Shown: one piece after another, positions 27,273 to 39,709 of the stretch
Position numbering within the stretch: position 1 is the first letter of the stretch
How the letters are laid out: each line of letters begins with the position of its first letter
Assembly: GCF_006345805.1 (NCBI RefSeq)
Contig: NC_043014.1
Span: forward strand, 50,096,001-50,160,000
DNA from: Octopus sinensis
Lineage: Eukaryota
DNA: 64,000 bases
Direction of reading: 5' to 3'
Translations under genes and position numbers: made by a program
Notes under the pieces: generated by a model
Told to the model about the DNA's origin: nothing
The model's database searches: none
What the model saw: the letters and a program-made list of their open reading frames with translations, nothing else

Positions 27273-28000
27273 CCAGCAACAGCCAGTCGGGGCGGCGCTG
27301 GCAACGACCACGTTCGGATGGCTCTTTTACGTGCCACCGGCACTGGTATCACAACTACAATTTCCATTGATTTTTGAGCGATTTCGATTTTGATTTATAA
27401 TTAAAATGTATAATTAGAATGAGCAGAAAAGAATCAGATTTGAGCTGAGAGAGACAGTTAGCAGTACAATTTATTGTAGTACTAAATAAGCAGATAGTAT
27501 GTTATTGTGTCCCGCAGCAGAAGCCGAATGGAGAAGAAGATAATTATCATTATTATTATGATTAATTATAAAATACACAGAGGCATGCTAATAAAAAGCT
27601 CTTAAAAATCTGCAGTTGAATAGAAGGAAAAAATCAGTATATAAAACCATACATACACACATAAACATACATAAAAATATTTCGCAGGTATCTGTCTATA
27701 TACAGACCTATTCAATATGTTTTATCTGATACTCCATGCATAGTATTGAAAAGAAATCTAGAAATATATATAATGTCCAAACATTTATTTGGAAAAAAAT
27801 GCAGATGAATAAAAATGGATTTCAACACTAAGAGTTAATGTTTATTCCATTTACTGTTTTTTGTTTTTAAATTCCACAGACAAATATTTATGAATCTGTA
27901 GATTCTTTAGCATTGAGAGAGATTGAGGAAAGCTGCAGACCTAAAAATATATTTTGATTTCGGACCAAAACCATGAAAATGAGGATGGTAACAATAATCC

Positions 28001-28412
28001 TTACTGCTATAGGCACAAGGCCTGAAATTTGTAGGGAGGGGGTAAGTTGATCACATCAACCCCAGTACTTCCCTGGTACTTAATTTATTGACCCACCCAG
28101 GAGGATGACAGGCATAGTCGACCTCGGCGGAATTTGAACTCAGAATAACTAAACATTTTGTCAGGCATGCTACTGATTCTGCTAGCTCGCTGCCTTAATA
28201 ATAATAATAATAATCCTTTCTGCTATAGGTGCAAGGCCTGAAATGAGGAGGGAGTAGTCGATTACATCAAGCCCAAAGCCCAACTGCTACTTATTTTATT
28301 GACCCCAAATGGATGAAAGGTAAAGCTAAACCCGGCGAAATTTGAACTCAGAATATAAAAGATGGGTGAAATGCCACCAAGCGTTTTGTCCTTGTATGCT
28401 GACAATTCTGCC

Positions 28413-28451
<39 letters not shown>

Positions 28452-28918
28452 GTAATCCTTTCTACTAAAGGCACAATAATAATAATAATAATAGTAATCC
28501 TTTCTACTAAAGGCACAATAATAATAATAATAATAGTAATAAGTTTGGAAGAGGGAGTAAACCGATTACATTGACCCCTCATTTTATCAGCACCAAAGGG
28601 GAGGAAGGGCAAAGTTGACCTCAGCGGAATTTGAACTCAAAATGTAAAGACAGATTTAATGCCATCAAGCAATTAGCCTGGCATGCTAACGATTCTGCCA
28701 GTAATAATCCTCGCAGCTATAGGCACAAGGCCTGAAATTGGGCGGGGGGAGGGGGGAGCTAGTTGATTACATTGACCCCAGTACTCGACTGGTATTCATT
28801 TTATTGACCCCCGAAAGGATGAAAGGCAAAGTTGACCTCAACGGAATTTGAACTCGGAACATTGAAGACAGACGAAATGCAGCTGAGCATTTTGACCAGT
28901 GTGCTAACAATTCTGCCA
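28001..28918 (-). repeat. Head-to-tail array of SINE B-variant copies separated by (AAT)n tails
   Basis: About four units plus repeated 3'-end fragments (taatcctttctactaaaggcaca), all in the same orientation. Confidence 0.8.
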
Positions 28919-28934
28919 CAGAAATCAGAACCAA

Positions 28935-29348
28935 AATCGAAGTCGATCAACATCAATGGAAATTGCAGCTGTGATACCAGTGCCGGTGACACATAAGCGA
29001 ACCATCCGATCGTGGCCGTTGCCAGCCTAGCCTGGCCCCCGTGCCGGTGGCACGTAAAAAGCACCACCCAATCATGGCCGTTGCCAGCCTCGCCTGGCTG
29101 CTGTGCCGGTGGCACGTAAAAAGCACCATCCGTCCGTGGCCGTTTGCCAGCGCCGTCTGGCACCTGTGCGGGTGTCACGTAAAAAGCACCCACTACACTC
29201 ACGAAGTGGTTGGCGTTAGGAAGGGCATCCAGCCGTAGAAACACTGCCAGATCAGACTGGAGCCTGGTGCAGCCTTCTGGCTTCCCAGACCCCAGTTGAA
29301 CTGTCCAACCCATGGAAAGCGGACGCTAAATGATGATGATGATGATGA
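28935..29348 (+). mobile_element. Retroposon family E with internal GGTGGCACGTAAAAAGCACC tandem units and a (GAT)n tail
   Basis: Further copies at about 5355-5600(+), 18608-18965(-), 21060-21210(+), 21635-21790(+), 31201-31388(-), 34560-34752(+) and 41147-41375(+). Confidence 0.8.
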
Positions 29349-29965
29349 ATAATCCCTTCTAATATAGGCACTAGGCCTGAAATTTGGTAGTGGGGTAGGG
29401 GACTAGTTGATTACATCGACTCCTAAATTACTGGCCCTGAAATGATGAAAGGCAAAGTAAACCATGACAGATTTTGAGCTCAGAATGTAGCGATGGATGA
29501 AATACAGCTAAGCATTTCATTCGGCGTGCTAACGATTCTGCCAGCTCAATAATCTACTATAATAATACTCCTGTATTTTTCTCCGTTACAACATATGAAT
29601 GAGAAAGGAGGGGGGGGTGATAGATGAATAAGGAAGGAAAGGGTGACAGTAGACTGGTTGTGGGAGCGTTTCGACTGTGTGGAAGTGGGATGGTGAACAT
29701 TCAATGCTGAAAAGAAGAATCAAACAGCATTTCAACTCTGCGTGAGTATATATGTGTGTGTGTGTGTGTGTGCGTGTGTGTACAAGGGAAATATGTGAAT
29801 GTTTGTATGTGTGAACCAGCATCCTTTCAGTAACCATGATTGATGTCACATCTCAAAAGACAACTGTCTTGGTTTGATTTACTAACCATATTTATATATA
29901 AAATACTACAATTAGCCATCATTTTTGATGGCAAGGGGGCAGCTAGTAATAATAATAATAATAGC

Positions 29966-30006
<41 letters not shown>

Positions 30007-30452
30007 AATGAACGAGACATATTTTTGTAATGGTTCGTTTGGAAGTTTACCATCAACTAAATTTTATGATTTTAGTAAAGCTTAATTGAAATATTCTGAG
30101 CTGAAAGCTGGGAGAAAGACAGAAAGAAAGAATGGTTAAAATGAAAAAGAAAAAAAAGGAAAGAAAGAAAGAAGTTAGGTAACTGCAGATTTGAGTATTG
30201 GAGAACCATCAGATCCAGAGCCTGTAAAGTATGGAAGAACAATATGATCAAAAAGTTAGTAAGAATGGAAAAAAGCATAAATGACAAGAAGATGGTGAGT
30301 TAGAGAAATGAAATAAAAAGAAAAAAGATGAAAAACACAGAGAATAAGAATTTGGTAAGTAAGAACTTCAAACATAGCAAAAGTAAAAGAGAAATATTTG
30401 GGTTAGTGAGAGAGAGAACACAAGATCATATATATACATATATATATATATA

Positions 30453-30849
30453 CTAGCAGTATCGCCCGGCGTTGCTCGGGTTTGTAAGGGAAATAACTAT
30501 ATAAGCATTTTTAGAGATGTAAATATAATAGCCATCTCAATATAGCTAACCACAAAGGGGGGGGGGTTACTGTAGCTTTTTACGTTCTGAGATTTAATAA
30601 TAAATTTTTACAGAGTTACTTCCCTTATATATGCCAAAAATGCATTAAAAATGGGAAAAATTGATGGTAAATTTTTTTTTTAAATCGTAGACTCATCGTA
30701 GACGTGCGCTAATACCCAGAAGGGCTCGATATGAATCACGACTATAAGATACCCGGTTTTGGCTAAACTGCACCGCAAAATGTGGGAGTAGTTAGGAATC
30801 TAAATTGTAGGAGACAGACAGCACACAACCTCACTTTTATATATAAAGA
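30453..30849 (-). mobile_element. Non-autonomous Helitron (397 bp)
   Basis: On the minus strand: A|TCTTTATATATAA at the 5' end, a CCCG..CGGG hairpin then CTAG|T at the 3' end, with an AT target and no TSD. Confidence 0.75.
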
Positions 30850-30976
30850 TATGTATATATATGAAGGCATGTGGTGCAAGTAAATAGTTAAATAAATCAG
30901 GATAGACAGCAGGCATTGAAACAAAGAACTCATCCCTGTGTAACAATGTACTGATAATAAAAGAATTCATCTGCAG

Positions 30977-31017
<41 letters not shown>

Positions 31018-31170
31018 GCAGACAATCACATTATAGAGGTTAAGATTTAAAGAGAATGTGCACAACAGAAAATATATTGAACTTACCTGATAGGTAGATG
31101 TGTATGTGTCTAATGTATACACATATACACAGAAGTGAATACACTTCCGTGTATGCATGTGTGAATATAT

Positions 31171-31202
<32 letters not shown>

Positions 31203-31764
31203 CATCATCATCATCATCATCATTTAACGTCCGCTTTCCATGCTAGCATGGGTTGGATGGTTCAACTGGGGTCTGGGGAGCCCGAAAGCTGCACCAGTCC
31301 AGTCAGATCTGGCAGTGTTTCTACAGCTGGATGCCCTTCCTAACGCCAACCACTCCGAGAGTGTAGTGGGTGATTTTATGTGCCACCGACACATATATAT
31401 ATATATATATAAATGCATGTATGTATGTATACATATATATGCATGTATAAAGCACTCAGTTGAGAAAAGAGGTTACAAGAATATCTTTGTTGGTTGCCAA
31501 TAGTATCTTACACCAACGACAATACAACTCACCTTTCCTGAAATAACTCCCTTAACTTGCTCAATGTACATTAGTGATGTTATGGATTGAGATAGAAGAT
31601 ATATATATATATATATAAGTAGTTGAATGAATTATCTTAGTATGGATAATTCGGTTAACCAATACCTGGGTAGCAAATTCACGTCAGAAAAACATGGTTG
31701 AAGCTACATGCCAAGGGCAGAGATCACGTGCTTTCATGTGGAAATTTGTGTGTTTTTTTAATAC

Positions 31765-32056
31765 AAATAAATGAAAGAATGGAGTTGAACGACGATTTAA
31801 CAAAATTCCTTTATTCTTGACATATGTTTCGAAGGCTGCATATTCCTAATTTCGAAGGAATTATCGCTATGGGCTCTGTGTGGGCAGTCATCTAAGAGCT
31901 TTTGTTCATCTTGATGCAGACATAAGTTCCTTGTTTTTCCTGATGAGAAGGCGGCATAATGCACCCCTTATTCCTTTGAAATTAGGAATATGCAGCTTTC
32001 GAAACATGTCGAGAATAAAGGAATTTTGTTAAATCGTCGTTCAACTCTATTCTTTC

Positions 32057-32064
<8 letters not shown>
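31765..32064. mobile_element. Penelope-like terminal (pLTR) remnant with an inverted repeat of about 96 bp (31765-31861 / 31970-32064)
   Basis: Near-perfect inverted arms with a 108-bp spacer and an embedded hammerhead. Inverted terminal copies and hammerheads are established features of Penelope-like elements. Confidence 0.6.
31935..32015 (+). ncRNA. Type I hammerhead ribozyme, Penelope-like dimer type, core intact
   Basis: Stem I TTTTC(31935-39)/GAGAA(32011-15). CTGATGA(31940-46). Stem II GAAGGCGGCATA/TATGCAGCTTTC (11 of 12 pairs). GAAAC(32001-05)-AT-GTC, with cleavage predicted after C32010. Palindromic stem III ACATGT. Confidence 0.8.
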
Positions 32065-32122
<58 letters not shown>

Positions 32123-32281
32123 TTTATTTAAAAGCAGCAGAAATTCAACAAAACCTGTTACTCGGTGTTTCACGTTCCCGTTCCTCGAACAGTTTTTGCT
32201 TTTAAATAAAGCATATTACTCTACCCTTGGTATTTGAGTACTCTTTTTTCTACCTTGTTTCACATTTATGTGTTTACTCCA

Positions 32282-32332
<51 letters not shown>

Positions 32333-32421
32333 GTTTTTGCTTTTAAATAAAGCATGTTACTCTACCCCTGGTATTTGAGTACTCTTTTTTCCACCTTGTT
32401 TCACATTTATGTGTTTACTCT

Positions 32422-32463
<42 letters not shown>

Positions 32464-32613
32464 AAACAAGAATAGTGGTGTGGTAGCAAAGTTTGGTTCA
32501 TAACCATTGGGTTTTGGGTTCCATCTCACTGCATGGCGCTTTGTGCATAGATTGTCTACTTTTGCTTCAAGCTGGCCAATGAACACCTTCAGTAAAATTG
32601 GCAGGTTGAAGTT

Positions 32614-32644
<31 letters not shown>

Positions 32645-33204
32645 TTGTGTGTGATCTAGTTTTATTTCAAGATTTCTTGCCAATAGACAAAGAGCCAGTT
32701 TCTGTATGTATGCTTTCGCCCCTCTCTGTTAGGGTGCACACCTTCACACACATGACGAGAACTTCTGCCAACCATATTCAACCACAAGGCTTCGGTCAGC
32801 CCAAGCCTATATAGCAGAAGACACTCGCCTAAGGTGCCACATGGTGTGATTGAACCCAAAACTATGCGGCTGAGAAGCAAGCTTTCTAACCACACAGCTA
32901 TATTCACATATATCATATACATTGTCTACACACATCTATGAATATCCTAAAATCAATAAAAACAACACAGTAAACTTGCTGAGAGGAGTGGAAAAACCAA
33001 ACATTTCAGAGTGCCTCCTCATGGAAAAAGTGACAGGAGTGAAATTTAAAAGAAACAGCAGAGTTTCCCGAAGGGACTCTCCAAAATTCTGAAATGTGGG
33101 ATTTTCCATGTCAAAAGACAAATTCACTGCATTCTTTTAATTAATTTTACTAAATACAAGTCTTATTAACATAGACTAACATCAGTCTCTTTGAGGTTTG
33201 ATTA

Positions 33205-33465
33205 CATATGATAAAAAATAAATGCGTCCTTTTAAAGCCTAGCCAGGCTCATGGGCCTGGTTTTCCAGTTTCTATGGCGTATGTGTTCCCCAGCTGGACA
33301 GGGCGCCAGTCCATCGCAGCGTTATTCCTTTTTGCCAGCTGAGTGGACTGGAGCAACGTGAAATGAAGTGTTTTGCTCAAGAGCACAACGCATCGCCCGG
33401 TTCAGGAATCGAAACCACAATCTTACAATCATGATGCTGACACCCTAACCACTAAGCCACGCATG
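33205..33465 (-). mobile_element. tRNA-derived SINE family H (CORE-like centre)
   Basis: Head GCGTGGCTTAGTGGTTAGG..GGTTTCGATTCC. Copies at 46250-46680(-) and 23693-23830(+). Confidence 0.7.
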
Positions 33466-33725
33466 TTTCCACCTGATTACATATACATACTTACACATCT
33501 ATCTATCCAACTTAACATGAATGTCAAGTTAGAACACCAAATACTGCAAAAAAGTACGCACATAGATCATAGCGGAGAAGACTTACAAGGCATTGGCCAG
33601 TCCGAGGCTATAGCAGGTGGAGACACTTGCCCAAGGTTTCATGCAGTGGGACTTAACCAGGAACCGTGTGGTTAGGAAGCAGACTTCATTACCACCTTGC
33701 CATTTTATATATATCATCATCATCA

Positions 33726-34130
33726 GGCGTAGGAGTGGCTGTGTGGTAAGTAGCTTGCTTACGAACCACATGGTTCCAGGTTCAGTCCCACTGCGTGGCA
33801 CCTTGGGCAAGTGTCTTCTACTATAGCCTCGGGCCGACCAAAGCCTTGTGAGTGGATTTGGTAGACGGAAACTGAAAGAAGCCCGTCGTATATATGTGTA
33901 TATATATGTGTGTGTGTGTGTTTGTGTGTCTGTGTTTGTCCCCCTAACATCGCTTGACAACCGATGCTGGTGTGTTTACGTCCCCGTAACTTAGCGGTTC
34001 GGCAAAAGAGACCGATAGAATAAGTACTAGGCTTACAAAGAATAAGTCCTGGGGTCGATTTGCTCGACTAAAGGCGGTGCTCCAGCATGGCCACAGTCAA
34101 ATGACTGAAACAAAATAAAAGAATAAAAGA
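33726..34130 (+). mobile_element. SINE A, full length
   Basis: Near-consensus copy. Confidence 0.9.
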
Positions 34131-35013
34131 AAGAATCATCATCATCGTTTAACATCCACCCTCCATGCTGGCATGGGTTGGATAGTTTCATAGGAGCTGG
34201 CCAAGCAGGAGCCTGCTATGTCTGTTTTGGCATGGTTTTTACACCTGGATGCCATTCCTAATGCCAACCATCCAGTAGAGTGGACTATACTTTTACTCTT
34301 TTACTTGTTTCCGTCATTTGACTGCGGCCATGCTGGAGCACCGCCTTTAGTCCAGCAAATTGACCCCAGGACTAATTCTTTGGAAGCCTAGTACTTATTC
34401 TATTGGCCTCTTTTGCCGAACCACTAAGTTACGGGAATGTAAACACACCAGCATCAGTTGTCAAGCGATGTTGGGAGGGACAAACACACACACATATATA
34501 TGTGCATCAGCATGGCCGCAGCTCTGAGCTGAAACTAGGGAAACTGGTAGCCAGCTCTGTCTGACACCTGTGCGGGTGGCACGTAAAAAGCACCCACTAC
34601 ACTCACAGAGTGGTTGGCGTTAGGAAGGGCATCCAGCCGTAGAAACACTGCCAGATCTGACTGGGCCTGATGAAGCCTTCCAGCTTCACAGACCCCAGTT
34701 GAACTGTCCAACCCATGCTAGCATGGGAAACGGGCGCTAAATGATGATGATGATATATATATATATACAACGGGCTTTTTTCAGTTTCCACTTATCAAAT
34801 CCACTAACAAGGCTTTGGTCGGCCCGAGGCTATAGTAGAAGACACTTGCCCAATCCAACATCCCCAAATCTTGTTAAATGATTTAGCCATAATATTTGTG
34901 TGATCAGACCATGCGAATAATAATGAGTCTAGCATTTTAAGTTTTCTATTTTTGACAATGATTAAACATAAATTTTAATCCAGTATATATATGTATATAT
35001 ATATATATGTGCA

Positions 35014-35047
<34 letters not shown>

Positions 35048-35717
35048 AACACTATGCTCATTATTCTATTAAGAGATGATGAAATGAGCAATGTTTGTAT
35101 TCGCTCAAGAATTCAGTACTGATTGCACAACTGTTACAAGTAACCAATTAAGTTACTGTTAGTAGGTAGAGAGAGAGAGAGAGAGAGCAAATATCATTGG
35201 CGATTTAGTGCTGTGATAATAAATTTCTCTCAAAGAATTAGCAGAATTCAGCATTTTATCACTCCCTTGGTTACAGCGAGGAGCGTTCCAGTTGATCCCA
35301 TCAACAGAACAGCCTTCTCATGAAATTAATGTGCATGTGGCTGAGCACTCCACAGACATGTCTAACAACAACCAAAGAGTATTTGATTAGATTTTATCTG
35401 TGTACTGGTGCAGGGGACAAAGGGGCAGGACAACTCCTTGGATCTTCAGTAACAGAAAGACTTTGTTTAGGTTTTGTGTGTCAGGGTGCTTGCATCTTAA
35501 GGACAATTATTTCACTTCCTACCTTTGACGCAGTCACAGTCAATTGTCTCCTTTGTGTTGGAAATATCAGAAAAGACCAAATTGAGCAGGTACCCTTAGA
35601 GGACATAGGTAATGCTCAGCAAGGTGCATAATGCCGATCAGGTGAAATGATAATAAGTGTAGCATACAACTTGAGAGAAATTCCTCTCTCTCTGTTATAT
35701 ATATTCATAAATACGGA

Positions 35718-36334
35718 TGTAGTGGATAACAGCTAGCCTTCAGCCGCCCTTTTAGACCCTGTTGTGTCCACTACTCTGATTGGTTGGTATTGGCGCAATT
35801 TGACTCTTGCTCTATTGCGCGCCAAGATGCAACCCAACCAATCACAGCCTTCTGATAAGGACACGTGAGACAGTCTCTTCTAAACCTCAGTTTGCGCCGA
35901 CTGCACCGTATAAAACACTAGCTTCACACCGTCTTGATGTCTTTCAGTTCCAGACCTTTTGAGGTCTAGCCATTGACCACAGAGGAGACAACCAGTTCCA
36001 GCGACAACACAACATTTGCCGCATGGATACTCATCAACTTGGTCCAGCAGCATTCAGTGACCTCCATCTCTGTCGCCAGCATTTGTCCTAACATTAACAT
36101 CATCCCTCTCTGTACACAGCAACCAGCAACACTCACACAGCTCCTATCACAACACTATTCGTGAATTACTTCACCATGGTTAGCAGCAAATACAACCTGC
36201 GAGAACTCCTGTAACAAGCGACCGACAGTCGCATCGCAGCCACAACTTCTTATACGACATGTGCTTCAACCAGCTCTGCATTACAGCCACAACTTCTTGA
36301 TACAGCATTTCAACTATCGTGTCCCTTGACTACA
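35718..36334 (+). promoter_or_regulatory. Promoter-like / LTR-like island antisense to the host gene
   Basis: Inverted CCAAT boxes, GATA, CACGTG (35862), TATAAAA (35909) and Inr-like TCAGTT (35944). TGTAGT...ACTACA ends, but no TSD. Confidence 0.4.
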
Positions 36335-36659
36335 TACTGGTATTTATCATCCTTGTGTCTGAACATTCTTCTAACGTCATATAGACTCTTTCAATGCTCT
36401 GTACCTAATGCACACACATACACTTTGTATACATGACAGCCTGTCTATTATTATGTATATATGATGCACACACAGACACACATGTTAACCTATCAAAAAA
36501 ATCTTCCCTTAAGCATTCTACCCGGTTCTGTCTCTCTTTTCCTTCTGGCACTTATACTCATTTATTCTCTTCATATATATTGTATTGACCGTGTGATGAG
36601 CAAAGGAACCATTCTTGGCACTTTCACTTCGCACGGTCTCTCTCTCTCTCTCTCTTCTA

Positions 36660-37048
36660 CTGTTTTACTTGTTTCAGTCATTTGACTGCGGCCATGCTGG
36701 AGCACCGCCTTTAGTCGAGCAACTCGACCCCGGGACTTATTCTTTGTAAGCCCAGTACTTATTCTATCGGTCTCTTTTGCCGAACCGCTAAGTGACGGGG
36801 ACGTAAACACACCAGCATCGGTTGTAAAGCAATGCTAGGGGTACAAACACAGACACACAAACACACACACATATATATATATATAAACGACAGGCTTCTT
36901 TCAGTTTCTGTCTACCAAATCCACTCACAAGGCTTTGGTCAGCCCGGGGCTATAGCAGAAGACACTTGCCCAAGATGCCACGCAGTGGGACTGAACCCGG
37001 AACCATGTGGTTGGTTAGCAAGCTACTTACCACACAGCTACTCCTGCG
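36660..37048 (-). mobile_element. SINE A
   Basis: Reverse-complement homology. Confidence 0.9.
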
Positions 37049-37299
37049 TCGTTTACGTAAGCAAATTACTTTAGCAGCAAATTCAAAAGAAAATGCTTTG
37101 CTAGAAGTCAGAAGTTGTAATTGATGGAACAAAACAGGTTACTGTTCCGCAAGCCAATATTGTTAAGTTATACAACAAATGAATGGGGGGAGGGGGAGTT
37201 GTTTTTTTTTCTTTTTATGAAATAAGGGGACATTACAAAATTAGAATTTAAAAAGATCAAAAAAGTGGTGTTGGCATTTGTTTCATTTTTGTACCATTT

Positions 37300-37555
37300 G
37301 GTATCATGGAGCTTGTACTATCAAACTAATTCAAACAAATTGTTGCACCAAACTTAGAACCCAAGTGACGAGACTGTCCTAAAACAATGAAACAAGTTCT
37401 TGAAACAGATTTGATGGTAAGAACCACTTGGTCAACAAAAATTATATGCAGAGGAGGGTGCAGTATGTGGAAAATGTGCCATGTTTGTATGTATTAAATG
37501 TCATGTGGGACTTCATCCTGATATAAGTTTTGAAGCTTACCATCAGAAAAGGTAT
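37300..37555 (+). pseudogene. piggyBac-type transposase C-terminal remnant
   Basis: RFDGKNHLV..QRR, a frameshift, then (G)AVCGKCAMFVCIKCHVGLHPDISFEAYH. This resembles the piggyBac Cys-rich C-terminal domain. Confidence 0.6.
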
Positions 37556-38534
37556 AAATTGAATGATTCCCTGTCAAAGTGACTGTTAATATTAATGATT
37601 TTTTGGGTAATTTCTTCCAATAAAGAAATGTAAAGCATTTTCTTTATCCTTAAACTCCAATGCCCAGCATATGATACATCATATAAGAATAAAGTGAAAA
37701 CTGCAAATTTCTTTGTAAAAAAACGAGTACTTTAACCCTTTCGTTAATATATTTTTGACCAAAATACACCCCTCATGAGTTTCAATTAAATTCTAAAATA
37801 ATCATGAATTTAGGCTTTTTTCATTAAATAACTAACTTTTTTACTTATCAACATATTAATGTGATATTTTCTTCAAAGTTGAAGAAAAATCGATGCTGAA
37901 AAAAATGTGGAAAAAATCTCCCAAAATTCACTGAGTTGAGATATCACTTCAAGCAATGTCGCATACTATAAGCCAACTATTTACAAAGTGAAATCACATG
38001 TTTTAACGAATGTACCAACGAGATTTGGGTTCAAATTTACATTTAAATAACTGGCACGGAGGCAGTCGGGGCGGTGCTGGCAAAGGCCACGTTCGGATGG
38101 TTCTCTTATGTGCCACCAGCACTGTTGCCGCTTTTGATAATATTTTGGTAAATATATATATTGGTTGACTTTATTTTTTTTCTGTGTATTCACTGTATTG
38201 TATTGAACAAAATGGTTATGCGACCTACGCTCGTAGTTATCTCAGTTATCTGGCTTGCAGTGAAAAAAGTTAGGTGACTCCTGCTGTAGAGGAACACACC
38301 CCTATAATCCATGCAAGGGTGGAAAAATAAGTGTAAAATCATAATGATAATGCTGTTTAATCTTCCCTCGGTTGACTGCACAATATGCTTGTGTGTACAG
38401 AATATTAGGTGAGAGGGGCTGATGCGTGAGTGTAAGTTATCTCTGTAACATATATGCACACACACTTTGAATGTGTGACAGAATATAGACTAATAAAACA
38501 TTAGGAATAACTAGTGTGTGTATGTCATCTCTGT

Positions 38535-38690
38535 AAGTGCGGTAGGTAGCTTGCTAACCAACCACATGGTTCCAGGTTCAGTCCCACTGCGTGGCATCTT
38601 GGGCAAGTGTCTTCTGCTATAGCCCTGGGCCGACCAATGCCTTGTGAGTGAATTTGGTAGACGGAAACTGAAAGAGGCCTGTCATATATA

Positions 38691-38746
<56 letters not shown>

Positions 38747-38898
38747 CGCGTGTGTTTGTGTTTATCCCCCTAGCATTGCTTGACAACCGATGCTGGTGTG
38801 TTTACGTCCCCGTCACTTAGTGGTTCGGCAAAAAGAGACCATTAGAATAAGTACTGGGCTTACATAAGAATAAGTCACGGGGTCGATTTGCTCGACTT
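38535..38898 (+). mobile_element. SINE A
   Basis: Homology, 3' end truncated. Confidence 0.85.
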
Positions 38899-39499
38899 TG
38901 GATGAGTAATACAACATTGAGAGAGAGAATTTATGATATAGCTTTTCTGCAGTCCTTTCATGGCAAGCACAAAATCTGAGATCTTGGAGTGAACATTTAC
39001 AGGAGATATTAACAGGAATTTACACCCAGGTTTCCTTAGACTAAGGAACTGCAAAAAGGCATTAAATGTTGGTCTCATTAATTTTTCCATTCACCAATAA
39101 ATCCCAAGCATTATGGAAGACTGATGCAGACTACAGGTTTCTCATAGGGCAGCATCTTATCACGTTAATGAATAGTTGAAGACTAATAAACTTGCTTACA
39201 TTATTGCATTTAATGATTTCTCAACTGAAATTGGATTGGGGGTGGGGGGACAAATATCTATGAGGTCACTCAAACTGGTGGAAATGGCAACCAAATCACC
39301 ATCACCCTCAAATCACACATTATTAAGTGTAAGTATGGAATCCTACTCACAGATCCACATACTTGAGATTAAACAGATATGTTCCTTGAGGAGCGCATCC
39401 TTGCATAGTGTTGTAGAGGGATGTAGAATTTTTGTATAATTGTAAAGAGCCTCACAGAGATTGGGGGAAGAGGGGGCCTTGTGGACGTGCACATTTTAA

Positions 39500-39709
39500 C
39501 CCTTTAGTGTTTAAACTGGCCACATCCGGCCCAAATATTTATATTTGAACTAGCCATATCTGGCCTCTCACACCAAACCTACATTGACATTCTAAAAATA
39601 AATAATCACATCATTGAGATTTCAAAGCTATGAGATAATGTGTGATTAATTCAAAACAATTTGAGTGAAAAAGCATTACATTTAACAGAGTAATCTGAAC
39701 ATTAAAGGG
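39500..39709 (+). mobile_element. piggyBac-type MITE
   Basis: TTAA|CCCTTTA...TAAAGGG|TTAA. Confidence 0.75.

Noticed and set aside
30110-30232. Two acceptor-like sites on the minus strand (tttacag|GC TCT GGA..., ctcccag|CT TTC...)
   Set aside because: No usable donor. Phase-1 frames stop quickly without GPI-like character.
35520-35550. Possible 28-nt exon (aag|GAGACAATTG...AAAG|gtagga)
   Set aside because: Stop in the phase-1 frame required in this intron.
35718-36334. Confident solo-LTR call
   Set aside because: TG...CA ends are present but the flanks (tacgga / tactgg) do not form a TSD, so it is kept only as promoter/LTR-like.
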